A stretch of 63,978 nucleotides of DNA, the filler included, from Corallochytrium limacisporum Hawaii (lineage: Eukaryota; Protista; Pluriformea): assembly GCA_002811645.1 (NCBI GenBank). It is 5 parts of 5 records of this genome, joined end to end, with 100 filler letters (N's around TTAATTAATTAA, not from the genome) between each part and the next. Parts side by side here need not be neighbours in the genome. Positions count along the whole stretch, not along the records: positions 44,388 to 52,076 come from PDIP01000201.1; positions 52,177 to 62,182 come from PDIP01000064.1; 3 more parts are not named here. One strand, given 5' to 3'. Below the pieces are notes generated by a model. That model was not told the origin of the DNA and made no database searches. It saw nothing but the letters and a program-made list of their open reading frames with translations. This document shows positions 45,370 to 56,600 of the stretch, in pieces (within the stretch, counting starts at the first letter, position 1; the number at the start of each line of letters is the position of its first letter). Made by a program: the position numbers and the translations under genes.

Positions 45370-46803
45370 ATGGCCCTTCAACGGTACATCCCCGAACCTC
45401 TCAGACCTTACGTCGCCAGTTTTGTCCTGGGGGAGACATTTCAGAATGCGCACAGATTCGGAAGAGAATTACTGCGCATGATCACGCTCAATGAACACCG
45501 CGTGTACGCATACCTCCAGCTAGATGATGCCCATTCCTATTTATTGGCTCAGTCACTGAAGGAGTTTACAAAGCGCTACAATGTATCATTGATCATTCGC
45601 ATTGTACCTGCTCCACCACAGTGGGCTGCGTCACAACCAGAGAAGCTCCACAACCACAATCGACGCGATTGTGATGATATTGCTCCATTCTACTGCTTGC
45701 AGTTTGATGACCCTGGACGACAGCCATCACAGGAACATCTTGCTCTGGCGACAAGAATTGCCGTTGCTGGCGTTAAGGGGGACTGTCAGGATGGACTTGA
45801 CTCGTTTCTGGAGGCTGCGAAGGCAATGTGGACCGGCGACGAGGCCACTCTGAAATCAAGGACTCCCTTTGATGTGACTGATACTGAGGCACAGAAAACC
45901 CTTGACGAAAATGCGAAGGAAAGAGACAACGCAGGCCACTACTTTAGCGGTATGTTGTACTATGCAGGAGAGTGGTATTGGGGTATAGATCGCATGTACT
46001 TCCTCGAAGACCGCCTGCAGGATCTCGGTTTACTCAAGGACAGCAGCAACAAGGGGTTGCACATTCTGAACCTGAAGGGTAATAAGACTTTGGACATGGT
46101 GTCCGAGAAGCCCGGTAACAAGAAAGTGAACGTTTCTGTCTGGTACTCCATTCGCAGTCCGTACAGCTATTTAGCTATGCCCGATATTATGAGATGGGAA
46201 GAAGATGCCCGGACTGACCTTGAATTCTACCTCGTCAAGCCCATGGTCCTCCGTGGCTTGCCTATACCGGCCAAGAAATCAATTTACATCGCAATGGACT
46301 CGGCTCGACGTGGACGGTCCATTGGAGTTCCTTTCGGTTTCAGTTGCGATCCTGTTGTTGGTGGGGGAATAGAGAACGGATTGAAAGTCTATCCGTATAC
46401 CCAGTCACTGGGCAAAGGTATTGAATTCATCTGGACGTTCAGCAAACGGTGTTTTGCTGAAGGCATCAACTTTGGACACGAAAAACACATCCTACAGATC
46501 GCGGAGGAAATGGGACTGGACACGGACAAGGTAAATGAATTGCTGAGAGGCGATATTGCTGAGGCTGATGAACTTACTGCAAGAAATCGCAAGAAGCTCT
46601 TCAGCGACCTAAACCTTTGGGGCGTACCATCATTCAAGGTCAACGACTGGCATACCTGGGGTCAGGACCGCGCTTGGCTAGCGGAGCACAAGATCTGCGA
46701 GGCAATTGAGCAGGCTTGGCTAGCGGAGCACAAGATCTGCGAGGCAATTGAGCAGGCTTGGCTAGCGGAGCACAAGATCTGCGAGGCAATTGAGCAGGCT
46801 TGA
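45370..46803 (+). CDS. Tandem DsbA-like / 2-hydroxychromene-2-carboxylate isomerase (GST-kappa fold) protein
   Basis: Two related domains: YLQLDDAHSYL...GEWYWGIDR and WYSIRSPYSYLA...LWGVPSF...WGQDR. Confidence 0.85.
   Translation: MALQRYIPEPLRPYVASFVLGETFQNAHRFGRELLRMITLNEHRVYAYLQLDDAHSYLLAQSLKEFTKRYNVSLIIRIVPAPPQWAASQPEKLHNHNRRDCDDIAPFYCLQFDDPGRQPSQEHLALATRIAVAGVKGDCQDGLDSFLEAAKAMWTGDEATLKSRTPFDVTDTEAQKTLDENAKERDNAGHYFSGMLYYAGEWYWGIDRMYFLEDRLQDLGLLKDSSNKGLHILNLKGNKTLDMVSEKPGNKKVNVSVWYSIRSPYSYLAMPDIMRWEEDARTDLEFYLVKPMVLRGLPIPAKKSIYIAMDSARRGRSIGVPFGFSCDPVVGGGIENGLKVYPYTQSLGKGIEFIWTFSKRCFAEGINFGHEKHILQIAEEMGLDTDKVNELLRGDIAEADELTARNRKKLFSDLNLWGVPSFKVNDWHTWGQDRAWLAEHKICEAIEQAWLAEHKICEAIEQAWLAEHKICEAIEQA
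46672..46802 (+). repeat. Perfect 42-bp tandem repeat x3 at the end of the CDS
   Basis: GCTTGGCTAGCGGAGCACAAGATCTGCGAGGCAATTGAGCAG at 46672, 46714 and 46756, encoding AWLAEHKICEAIEQ. Confidence 0.97.
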
Positions 46804-47099
46804 CAGCTCACCAAACAACCTCACCAATCGCGCTTCCCACCAGACAAGGTAGGTACACCATGACGCTCCCGCCACACCCTTTCCTTCTTCGAACGGCAAT
46901 TTCCTGATACATCTTACTCATCAAGTTCAAATCAACGGTTAGCTAGTTTAAATTATGCAATACTACAATTTATCGTACACGAAAACAGAGAAAAGTGAAT
47001 ACGGACGGAATTAAGTTCTCATTTTGTGCTGTGAACGCCGAAGCTCAAACTCCCATGTAGAGAACGACTCAAACCCAAACGGACTTTGGAATTCCGTTT

Positions 47100-47128
47100 A
47101 GTGTCGGATGGCGAGTGTCGGATGGCGA
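47100..47128 (+). repeat. 14-bp tandem duplication
   Basis: AGTGTCGGATGGCG x2. Confidence 0.8.
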
Positions 47129-47160
47129 ATGTCGTATGACAAAGCCACATCATCCAAGTA

Positions 47161-50100
47161 TCACATCTTCTTTAAGGTTTCAGATTCCATTGTCTTTCTA
47201 GCCATTTCTCTGAGCTTCTCAAACTCTCTGACACCGAGAGTCTCCGACATGCTGCGGAAGAGGCCATCACGTTTGTCAAGGAGAGCTGATGGTGTATCAA
47301 ATTCAGCAATCTCGCCTTGTACCATGACGGCAATGCGATCGCAGTCGACCACTGTGTGTAAGCGGTGGGCAATTTGGATGACAGTAGAATCCACGAAGTG
47401 TGTGCGCAGTGCGGTGGAGATAAGTTTCTCGGTGGTGGGATCGACGTGGCTTGTAACCTCATCCATGACAATTACCGCTGGATGGTGCAGCATCGCACGG
47501 GCTAGACAAACCAATTGCTTTTGTGCCGCGCTGATATTGCGGCCATTTTCCTCTACTTTCGTGTCAAGGCTAAAGCCATTGACACCGACGAGACCAACAT
47601 CCTCCAGTCTGCGTACCAGTGCGAGATCATCGAATTCGTCAAAAGGATCAAGATTTTTTCGCACAGTGCCACTAAAGAACAAGGCATCCTGGGTAATGAC
47701 CGCAATGCAAGAGCGTAGTTGCGTAAGAGGGATGTCGTTAATGTTTACCCCATCAAGCAGAACACTGCCACGATCCACATGAACCAATCGACTCAATACC
47801 GCCATTAATGAGCTCTTGCCCGCACCTGTGCGGCCAACAATTCCAATATTCTCGCCGGGTTTGATAGTCAGGTTGATGTCCTTGAGAACATGGGGCAACG
47901 ACTCCTTGTAGCGCATCCACACGTGGTCCAAGACGAGTTCGCCTTTCTTAGGCCACTTCTCTTGCTGCAGTTTGTCCAGTATGTCACTGTCATATTCATC
48001 AATGTTCCGATCTTCACTCGGAGCCGATTGAATAAACTTCAGCACTCGCATTCGAGCCTGATTCATCACCTCAAGTTCAAGCCTAGTGGTTATCAATAGA
48101 TTAACAATCAACGCACTGAAGCATGCATTAGCCAGGAAAAATCCACTGTGTGAGGCATCCACATCCCCCTTCAGGGAAACCACAACCAGAGTGACGCCAA
48201 AGTAGTATAGAATACCAATGAACCGTCCCCTTTCGACCAATTTGTTTTGAACTTTCGTAAGTTTGAAGTCCACTGCAATGTGTTCATCAAGATAGTTTTT
48301 GAATTGGTCGACCATGTATCCACCGACGGCACATGCCCTGATGGAAACGAGGCCGTTCCATGTCTCACTGAACACGTTCATGAAGGGTACTGCGGTCCTG
48401 GTCTTCGCTATCGTGAGTTTCCCGATGCTACTACCGTACCCACGGCCAACAAGTACGATCAAACCAAGCCAGGGTACTACCACAATTGCAAACCAATAGC
48501 TTACAATGAGCATAAGGACGGTGAGCACGATGAAGAAAGTTGCAGCCATGTGAAACATGTCGAAGTTCATCAGTAAATCCTTTTCCAATTTGTGAAGGCT
48601 TCCTACGAAGAGACTTAAGGTCCAATTCGGAGTCACTTCGCCGATGTAGGATGCAGGGGCGGCAAAAGCTGCATCTAGCAGCTGTGTAAACAGTCTTTGA
48701 TTGCTGTCTACCATCCACTTTGAGTATAGCTTGAAGCGAGTCACGACGGCTGATACTTCGAGCACGACAAACGCACTGTAGGCAGCAAGGAACAAATATT
48801 CTTGATGTCTAGTGATCGTGTCCGGATTTTCGGACCACAGAGCCAATGTCACCATACCTGACTCAATGGCACCCATCTCCACAAGAAGAAAGAATGCTAC
48901 GCAGATTACAGAAGTAGTGGATCCAACTGCGGCCCTTACAAAACTCCACTCGCCCATTTTACTGTCCCCAACGCCATCTTCTTCTTCATCCAAAAACAGG
49001 GAATCCTCACCAACTTCTTCCTCAATGTCGTCATTCGGCGGACCCCTTTCATAAGTTTGAATAGTTGTCAAAATTGACTCATCAGCGCCGTCGTCCATCA
49101 CTTGGTCCAGACAACCGTCACGGCCCAGAACAATTACTTGGTCTGCGACACTGATCAGGGACGGATGATTTGTAGCACATATGACGGTTTTGTGCTTCAG
49201 CAGGCTTGAAAATATGGAATGAATTGCATGGTTGGCAACGTGTGGGTCTAGAGCACTAATGGGGCAGTCAAATATGTACACACTGTGATCCTCAGAGTAA
49301 ATGCACCGGGCCAAAGCAATTCGTTGCTTTTGGCCCCCACTGAGGGTTGATGGCGACACGAACGTCATATCACCATTCTCCTGGTTTTTGAAGTCATCAA
49401 GGAGACCACATGCAGCAACCACATCATTGTATCGAGCCTGCTTGAAAGATCGACCCATGACAATATTTTCCCTTATGGTAGCCCTGAGAATAAAAGGATG
49501 CTGAGGAGCATAGCCAATAGATCCTAGGCCAGTAACCTCACTTGCGCGAAACACATTCTGCGTAAAGATCTCATCCATGAGTCCCATCAGCAGCGTGGTC
49601 TTACCTGCAGCTGCCGGCCCCACAATGGCCATCATCTTATTTTTCTTGATGTCAAACGTCAGATCTCGGACCAGGCCACGCTGGCTATCTGGATCACTTT
49701 CAGTGGAGGCCTCGTCGGTTTCCAAAGGATTCCAGGACACTTTGGCATTCTCGAGGTGGAACATCACGTCGTCACAGTTGCCATCGCCTTCTCGCACATC
49801 CTTGAACCGATGAATCGACTTTGGGCGATTCAAGAATGCTGAAACCTGATGGAAGGCCGAGAATCCATCAGCCACTGCTTTGACATTTAAGGGCAGATAG
49901 AAGATTTTTCCATGCAAAATGCCCAGCAAGATCCAGTACGTCCAGGTTATGGCAGGTTCCAGCGGCTTGTTTACAATGAAAACATAAAATGCTGCGACAG
50001 CAAATGAGATCCAGTCCACTGAGTTGTTGGAAGCTGCAATCAGCATTCCAGACTGGAAGTAGGATCTTCTCATACTTTTGACCTCGTCAATGCGGAAAGC

Positions 50101-50961
50101 CTGCAGCTTCTCCTTGAACTTCCCCTCCCAAGCATTTGCTTTAATGACACCCATACCATACAGTGCCTCACTGAGAAAAGTATTGCGTTTGCGCTGCATT
50201 TCACTTCTGCGGGATTGTTCTGCTTCGAGACGACGTCCCAAGATGTTAACAGCAGACAGGCTAATTATTACGACGATCAATGCCCCAATAGCTGCGTACT
50301 GTACAAAGTAAATGAGCTCAATGATGATGGCAAGAGTCTCAAGGGGTTGTAGTACCAAACCAACACAGCCATTCCAGAAGTTGGTGACACTTTCAGTTGA
50401 CGAGGATACGAGGCCTGTCACTTCACCACTAGAAGTACTCTCGCCGGCCACAGACACATCCAAGAGCTGGTTGAAAATCATAGAGTTCATGACATGTCGG
50501 CTCTTGATTCCCGCATGCATGCTCAATTTCAATGACCGTCCCGCCGCAAAATTAGAGGCCGTGGCCAATACAAGAAGAATTATGCAAAGCACGTACCCTT
50601 CGTAGGTTGGCCGAGAATCATCTTGGAACCAGAGAAGGATGAGATAGATTGTGATTGGTGTCGCGAGTGTGCTGAAGATCTGTAGGCTATACCACAATCC
50701 AGATATGACAATCGATCGCTTATTCAGTGCAAAGAGGCCCCAGAGTAACTCCTTAGCAGTAATATTATCGGCTGAAATGCCATCTTTCTTAATGCCCAGT
50801 TCGATATTGTCATTTCTAAGTCCTTCTGGGTTCTGTTTGTTTGCAATGAATGTCCAAACCTTGCTCCGTGCCAGTTCAATACCATTTGCGTCAATTGGTC
50901 CCTGCTGGTGGGACTTCACTTCTCCCTTCAGGGAAGTGTCAGTTCCCAAGTTCCTGGACAT
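47161..50961 (-). CDS. ABC transporter subfamily C (MRP-like, TMD-NBD-TMD-NBD)
   Basis: NBD1 GPAAAGKTT, LSGGQKQRIALAR, VYIFDCP; NBD2 GRTGAGKSS, ISAAQKQLVCLARA, MDEVT, IAHRL; two TM bundles. Track ORF starts at GTG; first ATG is at 50961 and the start is uncertain. Confidence 0.93.
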   Translation of the reverse strand: MSRNLGTDTSLKGEVKSHQQGPIDANGIELARSKVWTFIANKQNPEGLRNDNIELGIKKDGISADNITAKELLWGLFALNKRSIVISGLWYSLQIFSTLATPITIYLILLWFQDDSRPTYEGYVLCIILLVLATASNFAAGRSLKLSMHAGIKSRHVMNSMIFNQLLDVSVAGESTSSGEVTGLVSSSTESVTNFWNGCVGLVLQPLETLAIIIELIYFVQYAAIGALIVVIISLSAVNILGRRLEAEQSRRSEMQRKRNTFLSEALYGMGVIKANAWEGKFKEKLQAFRIDEVKSMRRSYFQSGMLIAASNNSVDWISFAVAAFYVFIVNKPLEPAITWTYWILLGILHGKIFYLPLNVKAVADGFSAFHQVSAFLNRPKSIHRFKDVREGDGNCDDVMFHLENAKVSWNPLETDEASTESDPDSQRGLVRDLTFDIKKNKMMAIVGPAAAGKTTLLMGLMDEIFTQNVFRASEVTGLGSIGYAPQHPFILRATIRENIVMGRSFKQARYNDVVAACGLLDDFKNQENGDMTFVSPSTLSGGQKQRIALARCIYSEDHSVYIFDCPISALDPHVANHAIHSIFSSLLKHKTVICATNHPSLISVADQVIVLGRDGCLDQVMDDGADESILTTIQTYERGPPNDDIEEEVGEDSLFLDEEEDGVGDSKMGEWSFVRAAVGSTTSVICVAFFLLVEMGAIESGMVTLALWSENPDTITRHQEYLFLAAYSAFVVLEVSAVVTRFKLYSKWMVDSNQRLFTQLLDAAFAAPASYIGEVTPNWTLSLFVGSLHKLEKDLLMNFDMFHMAATFFIVLTVLMLIVSYWFAIVVVPWLGLIVLVGRGYGSSIGKLTIAKTRTAVPFMNVFSETWNGLVSIRACAVGGYMVDQFKNYLDEHIAVDFKLTKVQNKLVERGRFIGILYYFGVTLVVVSLKGDVDASHSGFFLANACFSALIVNLLITTRLELEVMNQARMRVLKFIQSAPSEDRNIDEYDSDILDKLQQEKWPKKGELVLDHVWMRYKESLPHVLKDINLTIKPGENIGIVGRTGAGKSSLMAVLSRLVHVDRGSVLLDGVNINDIPLTQLRSCIAVITQDALFFSGTVRKNLDPFDEFDDLALVRRLEDVGLVGVNGFSLDTKVEENGRNISAAQKQLVCLARAMLHHPAVIVMDEVTSHVDPTTEKLISTALRTHFVDSTVIQIAHRLHTVVDCDRIAVMVQGEIAEFDTPSALLDKRDGLFRSMSETLGVREFEKLREMARKTMESETLKKM

Positions 50962-52076
50962 CACCACACATATCACACAGCTGTACAGGGTTTGCAGCAC
51001 CTCTTTATGGTGAAGGATGCCATGTGTAGCATTCGGAGTATGCTGATGCGCTTGTGAACCAACGTGATAATGCGTCGTACGCTCATTTAAATACCATCAT
51101 CTACAGGGTGAACCAATAATAAATCCTCATGACAGCTTGTAATTACTATGATGGACGTATCAATTCACAACACACTCGTATTCGCAGCCCGCTGTCGGCT
51201 CCTCAGGATTCCAAAGCATTCCAAACGTGCTCACACCCAGGAAAGTGGGTACCTTCAGTAGTGATCGTGACGTCAGACTCTTCCTTCCTTTCTGAACAAA
51301 TGCGGCCAGGTGGGGGTGTGGGGGGGGGGGGGAGGAGGAGGAGGGAAAATGGCCAAGACTTTCTGTCTGCGTTTGCTGAAACAGAAATTACCAGCGTTCC
51401 ATCTGCTGATTTGCCCCACGTCTTCCCGCGCGGGCTGCAACAGCCCCCACAAGTAGTGCGGGAAAAAACTACTCGCTTGCACGAAAGAGGGTACTGACAT
51501 GGCATCGGCGTAGCCTGGAAATCCTACTGCCCGAAACGACTATATGGCGGTAGAGGCATATTACACAGAGGCTCGCTTTGGAACCCCGACCAAGGAAAAT
51601 ACACCGGAATCAAAAATCGGAATCTCCGGTTACACACATGGAAGCGGATGGTACGAAAAGACAGTGGGACAAACCGTAGGAATCAAATGACCTGCCATAC
51701 CGACTGAATGATGATGAAGGTCTTGGCCATTGGATTTCATCAAAACGTGTTCCTGAAATCTTGTATTCTTCACTGCTCATCCCCATGATGTTCCTTACTC
51801 GTGAGGATGTCGGTCCTGTTCGCTAAGCAGTCCTATTGATGCACGCCGGTACAGCTGCGAGACCTTACGGCCCTGCCAATTAATCCACCGATGGGGCAAT
51901 TGAGGGTCAATGGTGCGACTTCCCTACCCGAGAGTGAAAGGTGGGAGGTCGGCAGTGCCATAGTCACTCGCTCCATTACTCGCCAAAACCGAAAGTGCGG
52001 CAGCAACACGAAGGTCAGCCGCGGGGGACGGGGATCTTCCCCGGCGGTAGCTGCACCTTTATCGCACTCCTCCTCC

Positions 52077-52176
52077 NNNNNNNNNNNNNNNNNNNNNNNN
52101 NNNNNNNNNNNNNNNNNNNNTTAATTAATTAANNNNNNNNNNNNNNNNNNNNNNNNNNNNNNNNNNNNNNNNNNNN
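52077..52176. other. Assembly gap spacer
   Basis: Same 100-nt N/TTAATTAATTAA spacer. Confidence 0.97.
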
Positions 52177-52586
52177 ACAATCAAGATTGAAAAAGATCCT
52201 CGGGAGTCAAGTTTTTCGGAGTTTTGACCCTGACATACCAGACAGAGGGTGGTACCACAGACTTGGCTGAGCCGCCACCAAGGAAAACAAGCAATTCCCC
52301 GGCTGGGACTGTGGGGAGTAGGGACGGTCTTTGGGGGAGGGGGCCGGTGCGAACGGTAGACAAAGTATCGGAAGTTAGGGGCGCCAAAACAAAGAGTGCG
52401 CAAACACCTCAGAACCTACAGCGCCTTTGCCCCGGGGGAGGGGAAGAGGGGGAGGGGGGAATTAGGCAATGAGACCCCCCTCAGTGCGAACACAGCTATT
52501 TTTGGACTGCGTGATAGATCGATTGAGACTCACGCACCAGGAGGACAGTATTGTTACCACAGAAATTCTGACCAATTCAGAACAAA

Positions 52587-53192
52587 ATGAAGCTTCTTGG
52601 AGTTTGTGGCGGGATCGCAAGCGGCAAGAGTACGGCCGTGGAGCATCTGAAGGGCAAGGAAGGATGCTCTGTTGTGAACGCCGATTTGCTGGGACACGAG
52701 GCATATCTGCCGGGTACAGAATGCTACGAACAGATGAAGGCTCACTTCGGTGAGGGTAGTATCGATCCAGAGACGAAGATGGTTGACCGCAAGAAGCTGG
52801 GCCCCATCGTGTTCTCCGACAAGAGCCAGTTGGAGGCGTTGAACGGTATGGTCTGGCCTGCCATTGCAGCACTCGCGCAGAAGAAGTTTGAGGAGCTGAA
52901 GAACGATGGAAAGACTAAGATCTGCGTGCTAGAGGCAGCTATCCTTGTTGAAGCTGGTTGGGACAAGATGTGTGACGCAACTTGGGGCCTTGAGGTCGAG
53001 CCGGAAATCGCAAAGGACAGGCTCATGACACGAAATGGCTTCTCCGAGGAGGAAGCTATGAAGCGCATTAGCTCACAGATGTCCAATGAAGAGCGACGGA
53101 AAAAGGTCACCAAGAGCATATCCAACAATGGGACCCAGGATGAGCTCAAGCAAAAGGTGGATCAGGCTTGGAATGAACTTCTTGCTGCTTGA
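52587..53192 (+). CDS. Dephospho-CoA kinase
   Basis: P-loop GGIASGKS, ADLLGHEAY, VDRKKLGPIVF, EAAILVEAGW, RLMTRNG...RISSQMS, NNGT. Confidence 0.95.
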   Translation: MKLLGVCGGIASGKSTAVEHLKGKEGCSVVNADLLGHEAYLPGTECYEQMKAHFGEGSIDPETKMVDRKKLGPIVFSDKSQLEALNGMVWPAIAALAQKKFEELKNDGKTKICVLEAAILVEAGWDKMCDATWGLEVEPEIAKDRLMTRNGFSEEEAMKRISSQMSNEERRKKVTKSISNNGTQDELKQKVDQAWNELLAA

Positions 53193-53644
53193 TCAGTTCC
53201 ATCGTGATTGGTATTACCGCAATTCTCGTCAACCACCGAATTCATGCACATAGATATCAGTAATAGAGTGTAGTTTAGGAAATTTTGAAAGCTTGGAGTC
53301 TGTTCAAACGGATCGTCCAATTGTTTCTAACCCCTGTTATTTCCGGTGTCGGGGCCTATGCGCTGATGTGACCTTATTTCGGGCCCTAGGACCCTCCAAC
53401 GAGCACCGTTGGAGGGGGCAGCGGGAAGGGGGTAGGACTCGGAGGGGCCGGCCGCTTTTGCTGAATTGCAAGTACACTAAAGCGCATGAAGGGGTTTGTG
53501 GCTATTTCAATTCAAGTCGAAATTTCTCTACTTGAGCATGATTTCCTGAGGTATCCTTATATATTTATGGTTGCCTGATTATCGAGAATGACTTAGACAT
53601 AGGACACTAGCAAACGCACCTAAGTCTGTTTAATCACCTCAAGA

Positions 53645-56600
53645 ATGAATGGACGGTCACCTCGGGCACCATTTGCCCTTGGGATCCCGGGAATGAAAAA
53701 AATTACAGGATATGAAACAATATCCACCGACCGCAACTCGTCGGTGAACACCATTTTCCAGGCTGGCCTCGACCTGGGATCACTGAACGGTGCTGCGTCC
53801 GGAGATTTTGGAAGTAAGTCGTTAGCCAATGGTATTGGTGGACAGGATGCGATCAGTGAAAGTGTTATCAAAGCTGCTGATGATGCGGTGCGGGAGTACT
53901 TAGCCTTTCGTAGCATGACTGGCGCTTTGAGAGCATTTGAAAGTGATATTCGTGGCCTTGAAAACACAGTCGAAGGCGAACTGCGGGCTCAAAAGTTAGC
54001 GGAACTTTTACTAAGTTACACTGAAACGGGGGACGTTGAGGGTCTGAAGCACATGTGGCGCCAACTCGATCGACGACTATTCTTACGGTTGGATCGACGT
54101 CTGCAAACTGCAGCAAGGTACCTACATGATGGGCTAATCAAGTTATTGCTGGTTCAGTGCATTAAGCAAGGGCGCATGGATAAAGTGCACGGTGTTTTCA
54201 ATACGTTGAGCTCAGAACTCGTCAAAAATCCGGACTGGAGAGACTGGTTTGCTCTGCCTTTTTTGAAGGACCCAGAGCGCCAACCAGCATTTCAGACATT
54301 CTTCAGCGCAGACTGGCATGAGAGTTTCGCCGCATCTTTGGAAAATTTCATTGACGCGGCACTGGCAGAAATGCCTGTGCCAGGTTTGGTGCGTTTATTA
54401 GACGGCAGCGTGTTTTCGAATCTCTTGCAACAGCAACAGCAATTAGCGGAATCGGAGGATACTCACGAACTCGGGCAGGAGAAGAGACTTACCAAATTGG
54501 GGACATCTGAGATATCTCCCGATCAACTCTCGTCTTCCGCACCAAACACTCCTCGCAAGAGCTCCAAGGGAGAAAACGACCCAAATGGTACCAGGCCGGA
54601 AGTGAGTCGTGCCCATCGTGATAGTCCCAGTCGACTTGGCCCCATAAGCCACAGTCCAAGTAGCGCTGGCGCTGCGAACATGGCCGCTAGTTACTTCTCC
54701 TTTGTCCAAGGGATTGAGAACATCGCGTCGCTGATGGCCAAGGCAGCCCATCGGCCGGGTGAATATGGTGTTAGCCGACAGAATGTAGCCGATGAGTCTG
54801 ATATGATGATGAACATATCCGGGGGTCAAGAGATGAGCAATCTGGACCCCTATGAAAGTCCTCCAAGACAGCAGACCAGCGGACAACCAAGATCCTATGA
54901 GCGCGGGCCTGTGAGCCCTCTGGATGCGCTGAATAATGCAATGAACGATGACCTCCGGGACCAGACACCTTCATCGCCAGGTGATCTTGGAGATCCGCCA
55001 AAAAGATCCCCAAACCGGCTCTTCCCGAAGCATCAGCATAAGCGCAGTATCAGTCGCGATTTCCCAGGCGGAATCGCAACCCCGGAAACGGGACATCGCT
55101 TGAGCACCTCTGGTGCAGAAGACCTTAGCGCGGAGATAAAAAAACCCTCCGGAAGTCCCATCGATGAGGTAGCTGACATCCTGGAGAATTTGCCGGGCGA
55201 TGCTACATTAACAGCAGGTGGTGTGCCCCTTAAGGGTGTGCAGCAGTCGCCGATGTTGCATCCACTGCGTGGCGCAGTAGTCACGCGCATGGTTAGCGAT
55301 GGTATAGAAGACTTGCCACCACCGCGATCTGTATCTCTTCCAATTGATAGTTCGCAAGTTCCACAGACTGACTCTTCCTCAATGTACCAGTGCGCAACCT
55401 CAGGAAGCGTTACAAACTGGACGGCTACCGGCAATGGATCAGGGGGAAGACAGAGTAGTATTGGCGTGTCCGCGGATGACGACGACTCTGCATTTATTGT
55501 CGTGAGCAGTCGGTGCTATCGTGGACATGCAGGTGGTGGTGCACCAATCTTTTGCAGTAGCGGAAGTGCAGGTAACGTGGTGGTGAGCAGTGATCTTAGC
55601 GGTACTGTTAAAGTTTGGCGGCCAAACAAACTCCCGTCGTACGCAGTTGAGCAGGAGGCAAACGTTGCGGACACCCCGACCTCGGAGACATCGTCCTCTT
55701 CGACCAGCAATGTGGTTGCATCGGCCGACCGTATGAGCAGCAAGGCCACCCTCTTGTCTCTGCGCGGCTACGAATGGCCCGTCCTTGCGGCTGATCTTGT
55801 TGGTTCGGCTGAGAATGTACTCCTAGTGAGCGGCAAGCGTTGCAAGATTGAAGTTTACGACGTCAACCTGAGCAAACGGACCTTTGAGTTCAGCACATCT
55901 TCAAAGTTTCCATACGTACACAGCATCGCCACCCCGGGTAACGCTGGTAACAGCATCTCGTCAGGCTCCATATTTGTTACAGCAGCAACTAATTCCCTGC
56001 GCAATTTGAGCCTTGGACACCGCACCTCCAATAATGGCGACGAACGATGCGAACTGCAGCTCTGGAATATGCGGAGCATGAAATCGGAAGGCACTCTCGC
56101 ATACGGTGAGTCTGGCAGTGGTATGAGTACGGGAAGCAGATCATCAACAAATTCCAAAGGCGGTGCAGCTGTTCAGGCCCTGCAATTCAACCACAACGGT
56201 AAACTCCTTGCGGTCGCTACCGCAGACTGCATGCTTCGCATTTTGGACGTCGTAAACCGGCAGGAGCTTATGGGCTGGAACATCGGCCGCGAGAGCATTG
56301 TCACAGTCCACTTTTCATTCGATGAACGTTCGATCCACACGGTCAACGTCAAGGGCCAATACCAACGCTGGGATCTCATTCAAGCGGGTGCAGAGGTTGC
56401 AGAGGGGGCTGGTTTTACGGTCACACCCTGGTTCTCATCCGATGAACAGGTTCCTGTGACCGGATGTTGTGCGATTGACTCTTTCGGAAGGTACCTGCTG
56501 GCAGCGAGTCCGACCGGATACATCCCCATTTACTCCGTGGTAGACCGAAGGGCGGTGCAGATCCTCGGAGGCCATTCAGACGCGATCACTTGCCTCGACT

